A stretch of 64,000 nucleotides of DNA from Octopus vulgaris (Eukaryota). Position 1 is the stretch's first letter. Each line of letters starts with the position of its first letter. This document shows, piece after piece, positions 1-14,970 of this stretch. The notes beneath the pieces were generated by a model, which saw only the letters and a list, made by a program, of their open reading frames with translations, had not been told where the DNA came from and made no database searches. A program made the position numbers and the translations under genes. The stretch is from contig OX597814.1 in the NCBI GenBank assembly GCA_951406725.2, forward strand, positions 211,358,001-211,422,000, written 5' to 3'.

Positions 1-38
<38 letters not shown>

Positions 39-65
39 CATTATTATTATTATTATTATTTTTGC

Positions 66-122
<57 letters not shown>

Positions 123-183
123 CACTACTGTCGTCGTCGTCATCATCATCCTCATAATCATCATCATCATCATCATCATCATT
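1..183. repeat. (ATT)n/(ATC)n compound microsatellite
   Basis: Trinucleotide arrays visible directly. Confidence 0.95.
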
Positions 184-1090
184 AATATCTTCACCATAAT
201 TTTTTTATATATTTTTGCACGCGTTCATTTATCTGCATACGAAGACAGAAACGTATGTACCAGGAATTATAAATATAACGTTGTGCTTGGTACTTTCACC
301 AGACGGTGTGTTTATATGAATAAGTGTATGTGAATATGTGTCGACATACAAACGATTTTCTTGAACTTTTCATGTTCAGACGGAGTAGAATGGAGTAAGT
401 AGTAAATTTAGTTTTGCTTCATTAAAATATCGATATATTTCTAAATATAATAAATATTAGATATATATATATATACGTATTGAAATGTTTGAGTAGTTCA
501 ATAGAGAAATGAAAGAAAGCAAATGCATCGACTGCTTCGAGTATTGCTGTGTGTAGAGTGGAAACTGCACTTTATTATATACCGACAAAGATAATTACGA
601 AAAAGGAAAGATAAGGTGAAGTGCATAGGAAACTAGAGAGTGATAGAAATAGACAGATGGAAACACTGAAAGAAACACCACAGACACACACGAATACACT
701 TTTTCGCATACATAACTACAGACATATAAATATAAATATCTACGTTTGTGTGATTGCGCATTGAAAGAAAGGGAGAAATACAGTGACTGACTGAGAAAAA
801 ATTATACGTAGGTAAGTCGCAACGGTTTCTCTCCATATATCTCTTACATGATTCACACCGTTTCATACTACCTTACGCTTTGTGTTCGGCAAGAAAAATT
901 TATTGCTATATCTATAAATAGTTGCTTAAGTCAAACTAGATTGCAAGCTTGAAAAACGTATCAATTTATAAATGTCTTGGAATGTATTTGTATGTACACA
1001 TATAAAAGACGAATGCTCACACATTTATATATAGGAAAGCAAATACAACACCCATATCACAGTATATTAGTTTGCTCTCTGGTCGTGCTG

Positions 1091-1145
<55 letters not shown>

Positions 1146-1247
1146 AATATTTCTATTATTATCGGCATCAGCATCACTATGATCATAATCATTAATATGT
1201 AAACATATTTTCGCAGTGTGGCAGTCGTTCATGAGAAACTTTAAAAG

Positions 1248-1310
<63 letters not shown>

Positions 1311-1659
1311 CAGAATGCGATAAAAATCCAAGGCTGTGAAATATTTCAGAACATATATAAAGAGAAGGTCTTAAAACCTGCTTCCGCGATATTTTATATA
1401 TACCTTCATCAGAAAGGGTGCGAGAAGATGGTTACGCAATAGTTATTCTAGAGAAGATATGGAATAGAGAGTGAAGTGGAGGAATGAAAACAGACGTGAG
1501 ATATGCAAGGATATTGCCTCTGCAGTTCCATTATTCAAACATAATGGTGTACATATAAGTTTCCTCTCCCTTGTGTGTAATTTCCAATAGTATTTAAAAT
1601 TGGTGTGTCCATAGCACTTACTCAACATTACCTGACACCTTTGGACCTATTGACTCCAT

Positions 1660-1744
<85 letters not shown>

Positions 1745-1768
1745 TACCATTATCATCATCATCATCGC

Positions 1769-1828
<60 letters not shown>

Positions 1829-1846
1829 CATTATTATTATTATTAA

Positions 1847-2012
1847 GGCGTCGAGCTTGCAGAATCGTTAGCATGCTGGACGAAATACTGAGCGGTATTT
1901 CGTCTGCCATCACGTTCTGAGTTCAAATGCCGCTTTAAAACCCCTGGGGCAATGTAATCGAATATCCCCGTTCCCTAAATTTCAGGCCTTGTACCCATAG
2001 GAAAAAGGATTA
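1847..2012 (+). mobile_element. tRNA-derived SINE, family A (internally deleted copy)
   Basis: Head GGCGTCGAGCTTGCAGAATCGTTAGC...GTTCAAATGCC matches the copies at 9104 and 25165. The central domain is missing. It follows an (ATT)n tract. Confidence 0.8.
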
Positions 2013-3711
2013 TTACCGTTATTATTTTTTTGTATCACTGGTTTTGTTGGAACCCCTGGAGTCTTGCATCTGTAGCATGCTTGCTAACTGCAGTCCACAG
2101 TATCATGTTATCAGAAATATGCGATGCCTATATATGTTTTCTCAGTCTTCTACACTGAATCCTAAATACACACAAACACACACACATACCAATATATAAA
2201 TAGAAATCGCAATCAATTACTCATACTATTTTTTCTATCTTTGTCTATTGCTATATTTATTACCAAATATTCACCATTTGTCGATATTCTATGATTGCAT
2301 TCTATGTTTATAAATTTGTTTTAGGTGTGTGTTCAACGAGAATAACGAAGACTATACTTGAAGTAAAAAAAGAATCATTACAAGTAAACAAAACTGTGCT
2401 GACTGATTTGTGGTTACTAGCTGTCATATATCTACAATATTATACGTTTCTAACAATCATGCAAATAGGTTTCGCACAAGAATGGAGAAATTAATCGTTG
2501 CGGTCGTTACATTACCCTGTCCTCGTCAGTATGAACTGTAATAAAAATTTAAAAATTACGGCTTCATTATCTAGAGGTTAATGTGTCACATTCGGTTTGT
2601 GGAAGCTGTGGAAAACAAAACCTACTCTTTGGGAGATGTTCCAATCCCTTAAACCATACACAGACGGGATGTGATACTTGCAGACTCTTCATATTTTCCA
2701 TACTAGACAAACTTATGAATGGGTTTAAGTGATAATCGACCAATTCCACTGCGGAAATGATCGGTATACAGACAGTAAAGGAGCTATGATATTGTATATT
2801 TTCGGAGAAATATACCCGTTTAATGTAAGAGGCATTCTGACAATTGTAAGAGTGCATATAACTTTTGACTTCAGAGTTCTTAGACGACAATATATAGCTG
2901 CGTACATCCATACCGACATATGTCGGAGTGTGTGTGTGTGTGTGTTTGTGTGTTTGTGTGCGTATGTGTGGGTGTGTGATTGAGTGTGTATGTGTGTGCG
3001 TTCGTGTGTGTGTCTGTGTGTTTTCTATAACCCATTCTTCTGTATGTTCTCACAAATTATAAAGAAATGGAAACAAGCTGTATATCTTCTGTAGCAAAGT
3101 GGGATGTAGTATGCTTAAATCAGAATGCAGTTGTACATACATTCACGCGAGTACGTACATAGCCATATACATGCAAACCTCCGTGTATGCGCGCGTGTGT
3201 GTATGTGTGTGGGGAGGGGTGTATGTGTCTGCGCGTGTATGTCTTCCTTTTCACTCCACGTCAGCAATCAATACAAACGTCAGTTCGTGGTTTCGTTAGT
3301 ATTTATTTTTCTCTATCTTCTCCTAATCCCTTTATTTTCTTTGCTACAGTATAAATCGAAACGTTCAATACTCTTCTCTTTCTTATTTGGTGTATTTATT
3401 TTCATTCTATAAAGTTTATGAGTTTTCGTGTTTTGTTTTATATCAGCATGATGTTTACTCGACTAAACTTGGGTATTGTTTTCTTGATTGTCTTATCATC
3501 TTTAAACTACCTTCCTTTCACTTTTATACTTATGAGCGCTTTCTCTAATATATGTAACGGTATGTGTGTGTGTGTGTGTATACATATATAGAGAAAGAAT
3601 GAGAGATAGTGAGAGAGAAAGAAAGATAGAAAGAGAGATGCTAGATGTCTGTGTATATATACAGGCACACATACATATATGGGTATATCCATGTACATAT
3701 GCACACAGAGG

Positions 3712-3756
<45 letters not shown>

Positions 3757-3921
3757 GTGTGTGTGTGTGTGTGTGTATGTGAGTCTGTGTGAGTATGTAT
3801 GTAGGTATACTTAATATACATGTGTGCATACATGCATTTCTGCACATTTGTATACACGCATGCATTTAGTAGTTTTAGTATACCTATATCTCCAAATTAA
3901 TATATATTTATATATACAAAC

Positions 3922-3969
<48 letters not shown>

Positions 3970-4594
3970 ATTCGCTAGCTTCTGCACGCATTTTTTCTCT
4001 CCTTCTTTCTCTCCGTGTTTCTTTTCTGTGTATCTTTCTGTTGAAGAGCGTAGGCTCGAAACGTAAAAGACTTGTTTTATTTATATTCCTGAGCGCCATA
4101 CTAATACTATTGTTTGTTTGTATTCCACCTGCCTTCGTCTTTTGTTTATTTTCATAAAGCTTCCCGTATATATATATATGTATGTATGTAAGTATGTATG
4201 TGCGTGTGTATACGTATATAACTATACAACTATATCTATATGTGTGTGTGTTGGACGAGGATGTGCATGTGTACACGCAACATTTGTTTATAATTATGTG
4301 TGACACTAGCGCACTTCAGTAGGCGGACGTTTTAACCAGTTATCACTGCTTTGATGGTTATGCGTCTTCTATGCTTTCTTTCGAGATTCTGTTGGGTATA
4401 TGAGGTTATGTCTGAAAACTCATGCATGCCATTTGCTTCTATATGCTGTTGCATTTCATAATAATAATAATAAATAAATTTAAGAAAATACATATCATTT
4501 ACAATTATGAAACACATCAATTTGTAACAATTAAAAGAGAGGCCACTATAACTTACAATTTCTAGACTTGCCTTCGTATGTATCATAACATAGT

Positions 4595-4967
4595 GGAGGC
4601 GCAGTGGCCCAGTGGCTAGGGCAGCGGACTCGCGGTCATAGGATCGCGGTTTCGATTCCCAGACCGGGCGTTGTGAGTGTTTATTGAGCGAAAACACCTA
4701 AAGCTCCACGAGGCTACGGCAGGGGATGGTGGTGATCCCTGCTGTACTCTTTCACAACTTTCTCTAACTCTTACTTCCTGTTTCTGTTGTACCTGTATTT
4801 CAAAGGGCCGGCCTTGTCACTCTCTGTGTCACGCTGAATATCCCCGAGAACTATGTTAAGGGTACACGTGTCTGTGGAGTGCTCAGCCTCTTACACATTA
4901 ATTTCACGAGCAGGCTGTTCCGTTGATTCGGATCAACCGGAACCCTCGTCGTCGTAACCGACAGAGT
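4595..4967 (+). mobile_element. tRNA-derived SINE, family C (apparently full length)
   Basis: A box TGGCCCAGTGG and B-box-like GTTTCGATTCC in a tRNA-like head, then a ~300-bp GC-richer body. No canonical acceptor stem. Confidence 0.8.
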
Positions 4968-6387
4968 AAGAGAGAGGGATATCATGGCATATTGAATGCG
5001 AATGTTCGAATTATATTCTAACTTCATTCCATACATTTTATGTGCATCTTTGCCATTCAGGCTTCAGATTTCTTAGGCTCATACACGCTCTCACTAAATA
5101 TAGGAAATTGAACAAATTTAAGTAAATTTATTTATAACCCCAAGGAAACAAATATACATTTTCTACTTCGTTATCCGTCACACATATCGCAGAACCCTTT
5201 AAAAGGGGGATATCAGTTGTAATTAGTGATTTATGAAAGCATTTGGAAATCATATGGTGTAACTCTGTTTTATTAATAGATGAAATGATCTGTTTCTCCA
5301 ACTGTTTCAGTAAAACTTTTTTTCTTTTTATTTGTTCTACTGTTTTTTTACTGATATAAGGTAAATAGTGTTAAGGGTTTTGATTCTCTGTGTTACATCA
5401 ACTCTGATTATTCCCTGCATTTAACGTTTTATATTCCCTGCTTAATTAATTCGTACAGTAATAATAATTTATATTTATTTAATTACAACTCTAATTGACT
5501 TAATTACATAAAATTACCAGATGTCTCATATATCTCTTATTTTTCTCAATATATTTTCCCTTGTTTCCAGCTTAACCTTTTCCTTTATAATTAAAGAGAT
5601 TTCACAAATAATACTCTCCTTACATATGGACTATAAACCTTATTTAGCATGATTTACTAGGAAACATGAAGCTGATTTCTCTTATAAGTCCGTTTTTAAT
5701 GCTCCTTTTTTTTCCTTTTCGATATTACTTCTAGGAATATAGTTGTAATTGTTACTACTGGTATTGATTGCTGAAACGAATGACACATTTCACGTTAAGA
5801 GAGCCTAATCAACTGAAATAGGGTACCGTTCACTGCTGACATAGAAGTAATGTTAAGCTGGATCGAGCGTGGCATTCACCAGTAGAGATAATTTTACTTG
5901 CAGGTGTCTACATATGCATCAAAATCCATGTGCATTCAGGTATGCATAATTTCATATATAGATAGATAAAAGATATCCGGCCGGATATTTGAGGAGGCGA
6001 TAGATAGAAGATATATAGATGGATAGGTAGATAGATAGATAGATACATACATACATACATACATACATACATACATACATACATACATACATACATTCAT
6101 ACATACATAACAGTACAGAAGTGGAACTATAAAAAATTGTAAAATTTTCTAGAAATTTATGATTTAAGTACATATGCGGATATCTACGCATGCAATGAAA
6201 TGCATGAGAATACGTACATGAAATAATACATAAAAATCTATAGAAGCAAGTTTCCAAATATTGCATATAAACACACATACATGCAAAAGTACCCTGTTGA
6301 CGTTGTTGAAATTCCTTGGCTCTAGTTTTGAAACCGGGTATTTCTCTATTAGTAAGAAATCTTGAAATACATATTGCCGTATAGATA

Positions 6388-6420
<33 letters not shown>

Positions 6421-6679
6421 ACGAAAGTATCAACTTGTTTGTAGTGACTAATGTAACCGGTTTTTATGAACATATTAATATTATGATTTCGAAAATATTT
6501 ATATGTTTTCGAAATAATTATAAATCCACACTTTTCAATTTTAAAAATTATCATAGTTTTTATGTTAATATATTTCTCTATTTAATAATAGAGTATTTTG
6601 TATACGGTTTGGAAATCTCCTTTATACTTTCCAGAAAAAATATTTATATACGTTACAAAAATTCCCTTTTAATGCTTTC

Positions 6680-6860
6680 AAATTTTGGCATAAGGCCAGC
6701 AATTTCAGGGAAGCGGATAGGTTGATTGCATTGATTCCGGTACTTATTTTATCACCACCCTGCGAAAGGGTTGAAGACAACTTCAATCTCGGCGAAATTT
6801 CAACGCAGAACAGGTTGCGAGATATGCTACGAAACATTTTTCCCGATGCGCTAAATATTG
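6680..6860 (-). mobile_element. SINE family A, degenerate
   Basis: GGTACTTATTTTATC...GAAAGGGTTGAAGACAACTTCAATCTCGGCGAAATTTCAAC is a diverged reverse complement of the family A core. Confidence 0.7.
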
Positions 6861-7476
6861 TAACAGCTTGGTGCATTCCAAACAGAAATAATAGAACCTT
6901 CGTAGAAATAGAGAAAAATGTCACGCTTTCCCATGGTACTTTATACAGTGAAACATCAAGCTTAACACGCGGTTACTCCCTGTTAGGATTAACATCCGAA
7001 TCATCATCCTACCTTAGGCTTCTTACTAAATAGTAAAATATCCAAGTATGTGCGTATAAATGGAAGCTTGGAAGTACATTTACACATACATATTATATGT
7101 GTGTATGTGTGTGTGTGTATAAATATATGTCTCATATGTATGTGTATAAATATATATACGCACACACACGCACACACACACAGTCATGTATATATAGAGC
7201 GCTATAAATACGCATGCAGACACACACACAGACGCACACAGATATATATATATATATATTTACATAGCACATATATATTTATATAGCACATATATATTTG
7301 TTTTACGGTAAAAGAGGTGTGTACATACATAAAACAATTAAAAGCTCTCTGGAAATGTCATAACATTACAATCTACCGATGAGGCTTGATTTACTGTCCA
7401 GAACTAATGTACAACACTATCCGTAGAAAGATTAGTCCAGAAATCCTCCATATAATCTGCAGTTGAGCAAAAGCCT

Positions 7477-7589
<113 letters not shown>

Positions 7590-8115
7590 TACGATACGAC
7601 CACGCACATGCTCACACAACACAATGAAGAAATAACAGCGGAATGTATTTAGTAAAACAACCACGAAATACAAACATTTCTGGATGGACGTCGAATGAAA
7701 ATCGTGCGCTCTGATGGAAGTCAATTGTCGAGTAAACGTTAACATCAAATCAAGAATAAATGAATGGAAATTACCAATGGAGTACTAATGAGAAATCTAC
7801 AAATTCTACACGCCGACTATGTGTTGAAATTTAAAACTCTAATCATGGGGGATTTCGATTATTCAACTAAATTCTGCAAACAAGAAAGCACAGGAATAAG
7901 AATTTGAAGCTATTACATAAAATATTTCGCGTCAAAGTGATACATGTATTTAACAGGCACACACCTACACGCTAGTGTGAAGGTGCGCACACATAGGCCT
8001 ATACGAACACATATATATGCAGAGACACATTACTACATGAAATTTTGCATGCGTGCAGGCGCGCATATACACACACACACATACACACATACAAACAAAT
8101 ACACTCATATACACA

Positions 8116-8977
8116 CGAGGTGATATATGGACGTGCCCGCACTAGTTATGTAGCGCGGCAATGGATGGTAATATACGGTTGCGTGCTCAGTGAGAGATAG
8201 CGGTGACCTTCATGAGGCAGTGTGCCGAGTGACATGGCTGCGTTTACTTCGCAAGTTGGGCAATTTGTGTATCTCTGATCACGTATATGGAGAGGAAATT
8301 GGAACAAAGGGCCATCGTGAAATTTTGCGCTAAACTTGGGAAGTCTTCTACAGACACATTGAATATGTTTCAGTCTTCACAAAGGCAGAGCACTTCATTT
8401 CCACCACCGAAGAAGGCACGGCAGAGCCGCAGTTCGATCAAGAGCATGTTCATGCTTTTTTTTGTTTGTTTTTTACATCTGCCGTATTGTGCATCGAGTA
8501 TTCGTCTCCCAAGGCCAGACTGTCAATCGAGAGTTCTACTGCGTTGTTTTTAAGAGATTGAGGGAAGACATTCGGCGAAAGCGACCGGATCTGAGGAGCG
8601 CAAAGTAGTGTTGTCCACGACGACAATGCAAACTGTCACCGTGAGTTGCTTGCCAAACTCAACAAGGCAAAGCTTCTGCGCCTGTCTATTCGCTAGATTT
8701 AGAACCTGAAAACTTCCATCACTTCCTCACGATGAAAATACAGCTCAAATGTCGCCATTTTAACATCACAGTCGAATTCAAGAGCGCGTCACAGAAGGTT
8801 CTCAACTCGCATGTGAAAAACGACTTTCCAGACCTGATTCTAAAAGTGGCAAAAACGCTGGCACCGGTGTATTGCGGAACAAGATGACTATTTCGATGGA
8901 GATGATATTAAAATTAGGTAAAGAATTTATATTTTTTAAACATAACTAGTCCGAGCTCTTTTTGATATCATCTAGTA
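8116..8977 (+). mobile_element. Tc1/mariner-type DNA transposon, internally deleted, frameshifted transposase
   Basis: MERKLEQRAIVKFCAKLGKS (HTH start) is joined to PKKARQSRS. Later frames give HRVFVSQGQTVNREFY..LREDIRRKRPDL, HDDNA (2nd Asp) and YSLDLEPENF (YSPDLAPxD-like). TIR remnants are CGAGGTGATAT at 8116 and CTTTTTGATATCATCTAGTA ending ~8977. Confidence 0.85.
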
Positions 8978-9103
8978 TACATATACATATATAAATATAT
9001 AAAAGCACACGGGTGTTGTGCTAATAAATTAGACAGTTTTGCAACAAGCATATATGTTTACCAAAGTTTAACTAGGTACACATAAGAACTTGTACAGGTA
9101 TAG

Positions 9104-9339
9104 GGCGGCGAGCTGGCAGAAACGTTAGCACGTCGGACGAATTGCGTAGCCATATTTCGTCTGCCGTTACGTTCTGAGTTCAAATTCCGCCGAGGTCGAC
9201 TTTTCCTTTCATCCTTTCGGGGTCGATTAATTAAGTACCATTTACGCACTGGGGTCGATGTAATCGACTTAATACCTATGTATGTCCTTGTTTGTCCCCT
9301 CTGTGTTTAGCCCCTTGTGGGTAATAAAGAAATAGGTAT
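9104..9339 (+). mobile_element. SINE family A (tRNA head plus conserved central domain)
   Basis: GGCGGCGAGCTGGCAGAAACGTTAGC head, B box GTTCAAATTCC, core CCTTTCATCCTTTCGGGGTCGAT..AAGTACC (resembles the MetaSINE central domain, from memory), tail ending AATAAAGAAATAGGTAT. Confidence 0.9.
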
Positions 9340-12079
9340 ATGTGTGTAGTATGTGTGTAAGTGTGTGTGCATGTGTGCGCATGTGCCTGCATGTGTGTGT
9401 TAATATAAACAGAACATGCGATCCATCTGCTGCGGAAAGAAACATGTGTGGCGAGAAAGAGAGAGAGTGAGAAATAAGGAAAGGAAGAGAAGGGGAGAGA
9501 AAAGAGAGAGGGACAGAGAATGTGAGACAGAGACAGAGACAGAGAGAGAGAGAGAGAGAGAAATGAATACCTTTGCAAATTTGGCTTTATCTCAAACGTT
9601 TCTACCAATGAAATCACTTCCTGCTATTCATCGTGTAAGTTGACTCAGCACACATACGCGGACAGAAAGTTATATTTTAACTCCGCAATAATGAAATTCA
9701 TAACTACCACGTATAATTTCAAAAGATACTTTTCTTTAATGAGAATAAAATGTATACATCATCACAATGCAAGAAAGGGTCAGAAACAAAAAGAAACAAG
9801 AAGATTTATTGATAGCGTGAAATGTAAGCACATTCACATAGAATATGGGATAGTGCCCTTTCAATAAAATTATTATTTGAAGACAAAGAATCGAAGAATT
9901 ATACAATTACAGCGAAGTGTACTTACACGCACAGCTTGATAAAACAAATGCGCAAAAGTGCCTTGGGCTTCACTAAGAAAATTTTAAAAACCCTCGTGTT
10001 TAACAGCTAGGAATATAATGCTCGGTTCAATCCCACTCTGTAAACATACTGGTTGCCATCAATTTACGTTTGTGAGATAGTGACAATAAAGGAAAATGGA
10101 CCAGGGAGTAAATGTATGAAGGTAGAGAAAATAGAGAGTGATTTTGAAGATAATAGGGAATTAATATCGTGTCAATGTGTCCATGCAGCAATTTCACCTG
10201 AATAGAATTAATTCTCTGGTGTTGAAATATCCATTTTTAAGAACCCCAGCCCATTTTCATATTCTTGATTATATTCATCTTTTTCATTCCTCCTCGGCTC
10301 CATTTTTCTTACTCTACTTTCGCTTTCTTTCCTAGTTTTCTCCTGCGATATTTACTTATTTATTTCTTTATTTCTTTTCTTTTCTCCATCATATTTCCTT
10401 TCTATTCTGTTTTATTTCTATCAACATACATATCAAAAGTGCCTGTGTGGAATTGTATGGCTTGACTATGTAGTCATGTCGGTTTCATTTCATGCATATT
10501 TTAGCATATTCTAAAACAAATAAATATATTTTTTCAATTACGTTCTTGCAAGTATAAAGAACATCTTAGCCAGCTATGGAAGCTGCGTCAGAAATTCTAC
10601 TCCATGATTTTTTTCCTATAAAAAACTGAGTTACTGATTATGTCAAACAAACAAGAACAAGAGCTGCTTCCATCATGATCTGCTGAACGGTATCTGTCAT
10701 CCACATCACAGACACAAGAAACGATTCAACCGAAATTACAGTACTGCTTGCCAATTCATATATGGGAAGCCAAAGCATTCGACGTATCGCCATTGCTAAA
10801 TCTAATCTATAGAGATCTCAATAAGTTATGAAGTCGAATCTTTAATATAATTCTCGCTACTTCTATGATATATATTAAGGCACGTTTTTCTTTCATTTGT
10901 TAGCATTTTGCTAATTCATCGTAATTTCGTAATTTCTTTTCGTTTCTTTTCGTCTCTTTTCATTATTTCTAAACATTATCTGAATTATATTAGCTTCTAC
11001 TTTGTGTGTCTGCATTTTTGTATATTCTTCCATGCACTGATGTTATGTTCGGTTATGCCCGCCATTACAGTCGTTACACAGTAAGCTGTTACAAAGTGGC
11101 TTATTCACCCTTTTTTTAGCCGTTCTAACATATTATTGCCTTTTCATACAATGCATCAATTTCGTTAAAGTGCGATGGAAAAATGTTTATCGACTTGATA
11201 GACAGCACGCCGAAGTGCTTTGATATACACTTACATTTTTTGAGCTTTGATATTTACCTACGTCTCATATTTCTCTCTAACACCCATATTTATCTCTATC
11301 TTCCCAATGTGTTGTTTTGATATAATGCCATAAACATCATCTATTGATATCCGTTAAAGCGCCAACGAATTACATGAGTTTGTAACAACATTAAAAATTG
11401 TCAAGAACGTTTAATTTCTCCAGGCGTTTAAAATAAATAGCTTTATAGTTTGAGATTAACCAAAGTAGTTACTAGAATCTTAACTACATCATGTTTATAT
11501 ATTTGTTTATTAAATTCATATATACGCTCGAGAAAATTTCTATCTAGAATCTGCAACAACTAATTATCTTCATTCACTCTTTCATACGTTCTGAAAATTT
11601 AAACAAAATCCTAAAAATGTACGTAGACCAGGAAGCTAAAGAAATTATCAGCCGATGATTAATGTTAATCGTGCCAACTTGCCGATGTGTAAAAAATATA
11701 GAAATATTCCTCCGATTTGTAAATATGGTGTTATATGAACTTGAAAGATAGGAAGCCATCTTGCATGAATAATACGGTTTAGTGCCGAGAGAAACAGAGA
11801 ATATACTCAAAATCTACATTTGAAACATATGCTCCACACTACAAATAACATATTATAAACCCGCACTGGTGTACTCAGACACTTCTGGATCAAGTCAAAA
11901 ATCGTTGAAACTCGTTAGATGTCTAAATATCTAACTCAATTTCATTTTTTCATTTCTAACGCTGCTTTGATTTCTGGAAAGTAAAGGAAGTGCAAATCTC
12001 ACAACACATATTTTAAACATTGCATCGTATATGTACATGGCCTTAATCACAAGAAACCAGTAATAATTAAGATTGTTAA

Positions 12080-12600
12080 ATTGTGGCCTATCGAACTACA
12101 AAATATCTTCTCGTGGGAAATTAGAAAAAAAAAAAAAACAGCTAAATTATTGAAGCATCGATATTCGTGTCCTGCCATACGCTCCATGTTATGCACTAGT
12201 ACAGAGCCCTTCTGTTTTCAGATCTGTCAGTATTTATTTCAAGTATGCACGATATGGTTTCAAGTTGCTTTTACTCTACAAAATCGAACTTGCTACCAGC
12301 TGGCTGTTGGACTGTTAACATATTCAAATTAGATGTAACCATCAAAAATTTTACATTATAATTGTCAACAAGGAGTAGATGACATTTTTCCAATAAGCAC
12401 TCAAAAACCTGACAATAACAAAAATATCACAAATGACAAAAATATTGGTTCAATGTCCAATAGTAAACAAAATAATCTAATGTAAAATCCCAGAATATAA
12501 ATGTCAATGTCGTTTCTTATTTTAGATTCCAATATAACTTCACATCAAATAATTAAAATCCCTGAAAATCTATGAAGTTCACAACACCTCATTATGCACC
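12080..12600 (-). mobile_element. Ancient LINE 3' fossil (RTEX/L2-like C-terminus)
   Basis: Minus frames give FCRVKAT*NH...ENRR..LCT.C...AGHEYRC. This resembles the FxRFRxSNH..ExGR...RxCxxC..GDExH C-terminal motif. Heavily decayed. Confidence 0.35.
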
Positions 12601-13897
12601 AATAACACATGATTTTTTTCTCCTTTTCTGTTAAGTTAAGTCAAACAGTTCGAAAAATTTATTGAAAAAGGAATAATGTTATGCGCCGGTAGACTCGCAT
12701 CTATTGCCAGAATAAGTATTTTACGTTATATTGATTAATATCTTTGCAAAAGGTAGAGATAGCACTAAAAATGACATCGCAGATTTTATATATTTTAATA
12801 TTTATTCCTCTATAAAACTATAAATTTCCAGAAGAAAACTTGGTGGAATTGTGTTTCATTTATGCCACTTCAGTAAGAAAAAAAAATTCAACTGCTGAAA
12901 TTACTTATGACTTAAAAATCGTTATTAATTCTTAATTCCACTGAAAATAGACGAAATTACAGAATCAAAGCGCATAATTTATTGCTTGTCTTAAAATAGA
13001 TCTGCCTAATCAAAGAACAGTAAACCGAAATTTGAGAGTGAGTTTGAAAATGGTAAGGTGAATCATAATTTTAGATTTCAATAATAGCAGTTAATTATTG
13101 TAGCATTAGGGAATTTGACTAGGATGATTACGATTGAATGAATAATTAGCTTTTGAATAAAATGAAATAAACAGTAAGTTTATGCTGCTCTGTGAATGAA
13201 AGGATCCTCCGTCAGCAAAAAAATAGAAAAATAAAAAATAAAACAATAGTAGAAATATACAATTTTGAAAACGTGCTCGTTTTTTATCGTTTAATTTTGA
13301 CAAGCAGCAGAAAGTTTTTAAAGGTCTTTTCTTTCCCAATTCTTTCTTTGAAATCTTCTTTTCTAATAATATAAACGAGGATACCAGGAAATACTTTTAA
13401 CAATTCTTTAGATACGATGATGAAAACAAAAGGAATTGAACACCGTTCAAATAACAAATAAAAAAGAGGTTCTGATAAAAGGAACAGGAATTTTAAAGAA
13501 ATTTACAGAAGAGATGAGTATTGTAGTGCATTTTGGAGAGGATACACACGACGCTTATACGTAAGTGTGTGAATGTTTGTGTGAGTGTGTGTGTGAATGT
13601 GAGGGTGTGTGTTTGTGTGTGTGTGTGTATGTGTAAGCGAGCGGCATTGTATATGTGTCGTCCTGTTTGCATCGTAGTCAGTGACAGTGATGAGTGGTGA
13701 GGTTACAGATAAGCAGGTAAAGACTGTCGCAATGTTAATTGGAGCAACAGAACGCAACAAAAGATGAAAAAAAAAAGTATGATGGGGTAAAGATGACAAA
13801 CGTCACTATTTGAAAGGGTAACAGGGGAAAAAAGCTAGCTTTAGAAATAAAATCTAACAGTCCTAAGTTTACTAGTACTTTAAGTCTGTGTAATGTA

Positions 13898-14111
13898 GGG
13901 GGACAAACACAGGCACACAAATATACACACACACATATATATACATATATACGACGGGCTTCTTTCAGTTTCCGTCTACCAAATCCATCACAAGGCTTTG
14001 GTCGGCCCGAGGCTATAGTAAAGACACTTGCCCAAGGTGCCATGCAGTGGGGCTGAACCCGGAACCATGTGGTTGGTAAACAATATACCACACAGCCACT
14101 CCTGCGCCTAT
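13898..14111 (-). mobile_element. SINE family B (tRNA head plus CORE-like CCTTGGGCAAG domain), 3' truncated
   Basis: Reverse complement of the 5' half of the copy at 25996. Confidence 0.9.
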
Positions 14112-14130
14112 GTGTAAGTATAAAAGAAGG

Positions 14131-14208
<78 letters not shown>

Positions 14209-14233
14209 ATTGGATAGATATACATATATATAA

Positions 14234-14278
<45 letters not shown>

Positions 14279-14316
14279 CACATATAGATATAGAGAGATT
14301 GACAGATAGATAAAAT

Positions 14317-14353
<37 letters not shown>

Positions 14354-14858
14354 CATACATAGACAAATAGATGTGAGCGTATGTTTTTTTGCATATCTCT
14401 GCAATGCTAGAATGGTATACTTTATATTGTGTTTTAGTCCTTACATCTCTCATAATGTGTTTTATCTATTGTCGCAGTTAATTATAATTTATTTTCTTTT
14501 TTTCCCCCTTTTCTTTTTGAATTATCTGAGACAATACTTAATGAAACGAACCGACAAAACCGTCATCCACATAGACAATTGTTGTCTCAAGATAGTAAAA
14601 TAGAGAGGAATTATAAGAAATCGATATCTTCAATATCAGCTGGTCAGTGTCACGCAGACTTCACTCAGGATATTTGAATTTGTTAGTTGTATATTTGGCT
14701 AAAATTAAAATATAATACATAATGAGATATCCTCATTGTTGGGAGAGATGAATGAAAGCTGTGTGCGACTAGCGAAAAATGAAATACATATTGTTCAAGT
14801 CACATGCGAAAACCAAAGACTTAATATTGAAAGGATTATCATCATCATCATCATCATT

Positions 14859-14906
<48 letters not shown>

Positions 14907-14970
14907 GTCATCGTCGTCGTCATTATCATCATTACTATGATTAGTAGTATTAGTAGTAGTTGTTGTTGCA

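Noticed and set aside
2520-2910. Possible host exon (114-aa minus-strand ORF)
   Set aside because: No recognisable domain or clear splice context. Small host exons elsewhere cannot be excluded without RNA-seq.
4595-4670. tRNA gene (also heads at 9104, 25996 and 44081-44154)
   Set aside because: A/B boxes are present but acceptor and anticodon stems are imperfect, there is no downstream oligo-T terminator, and the heads continue into repeat bodies.
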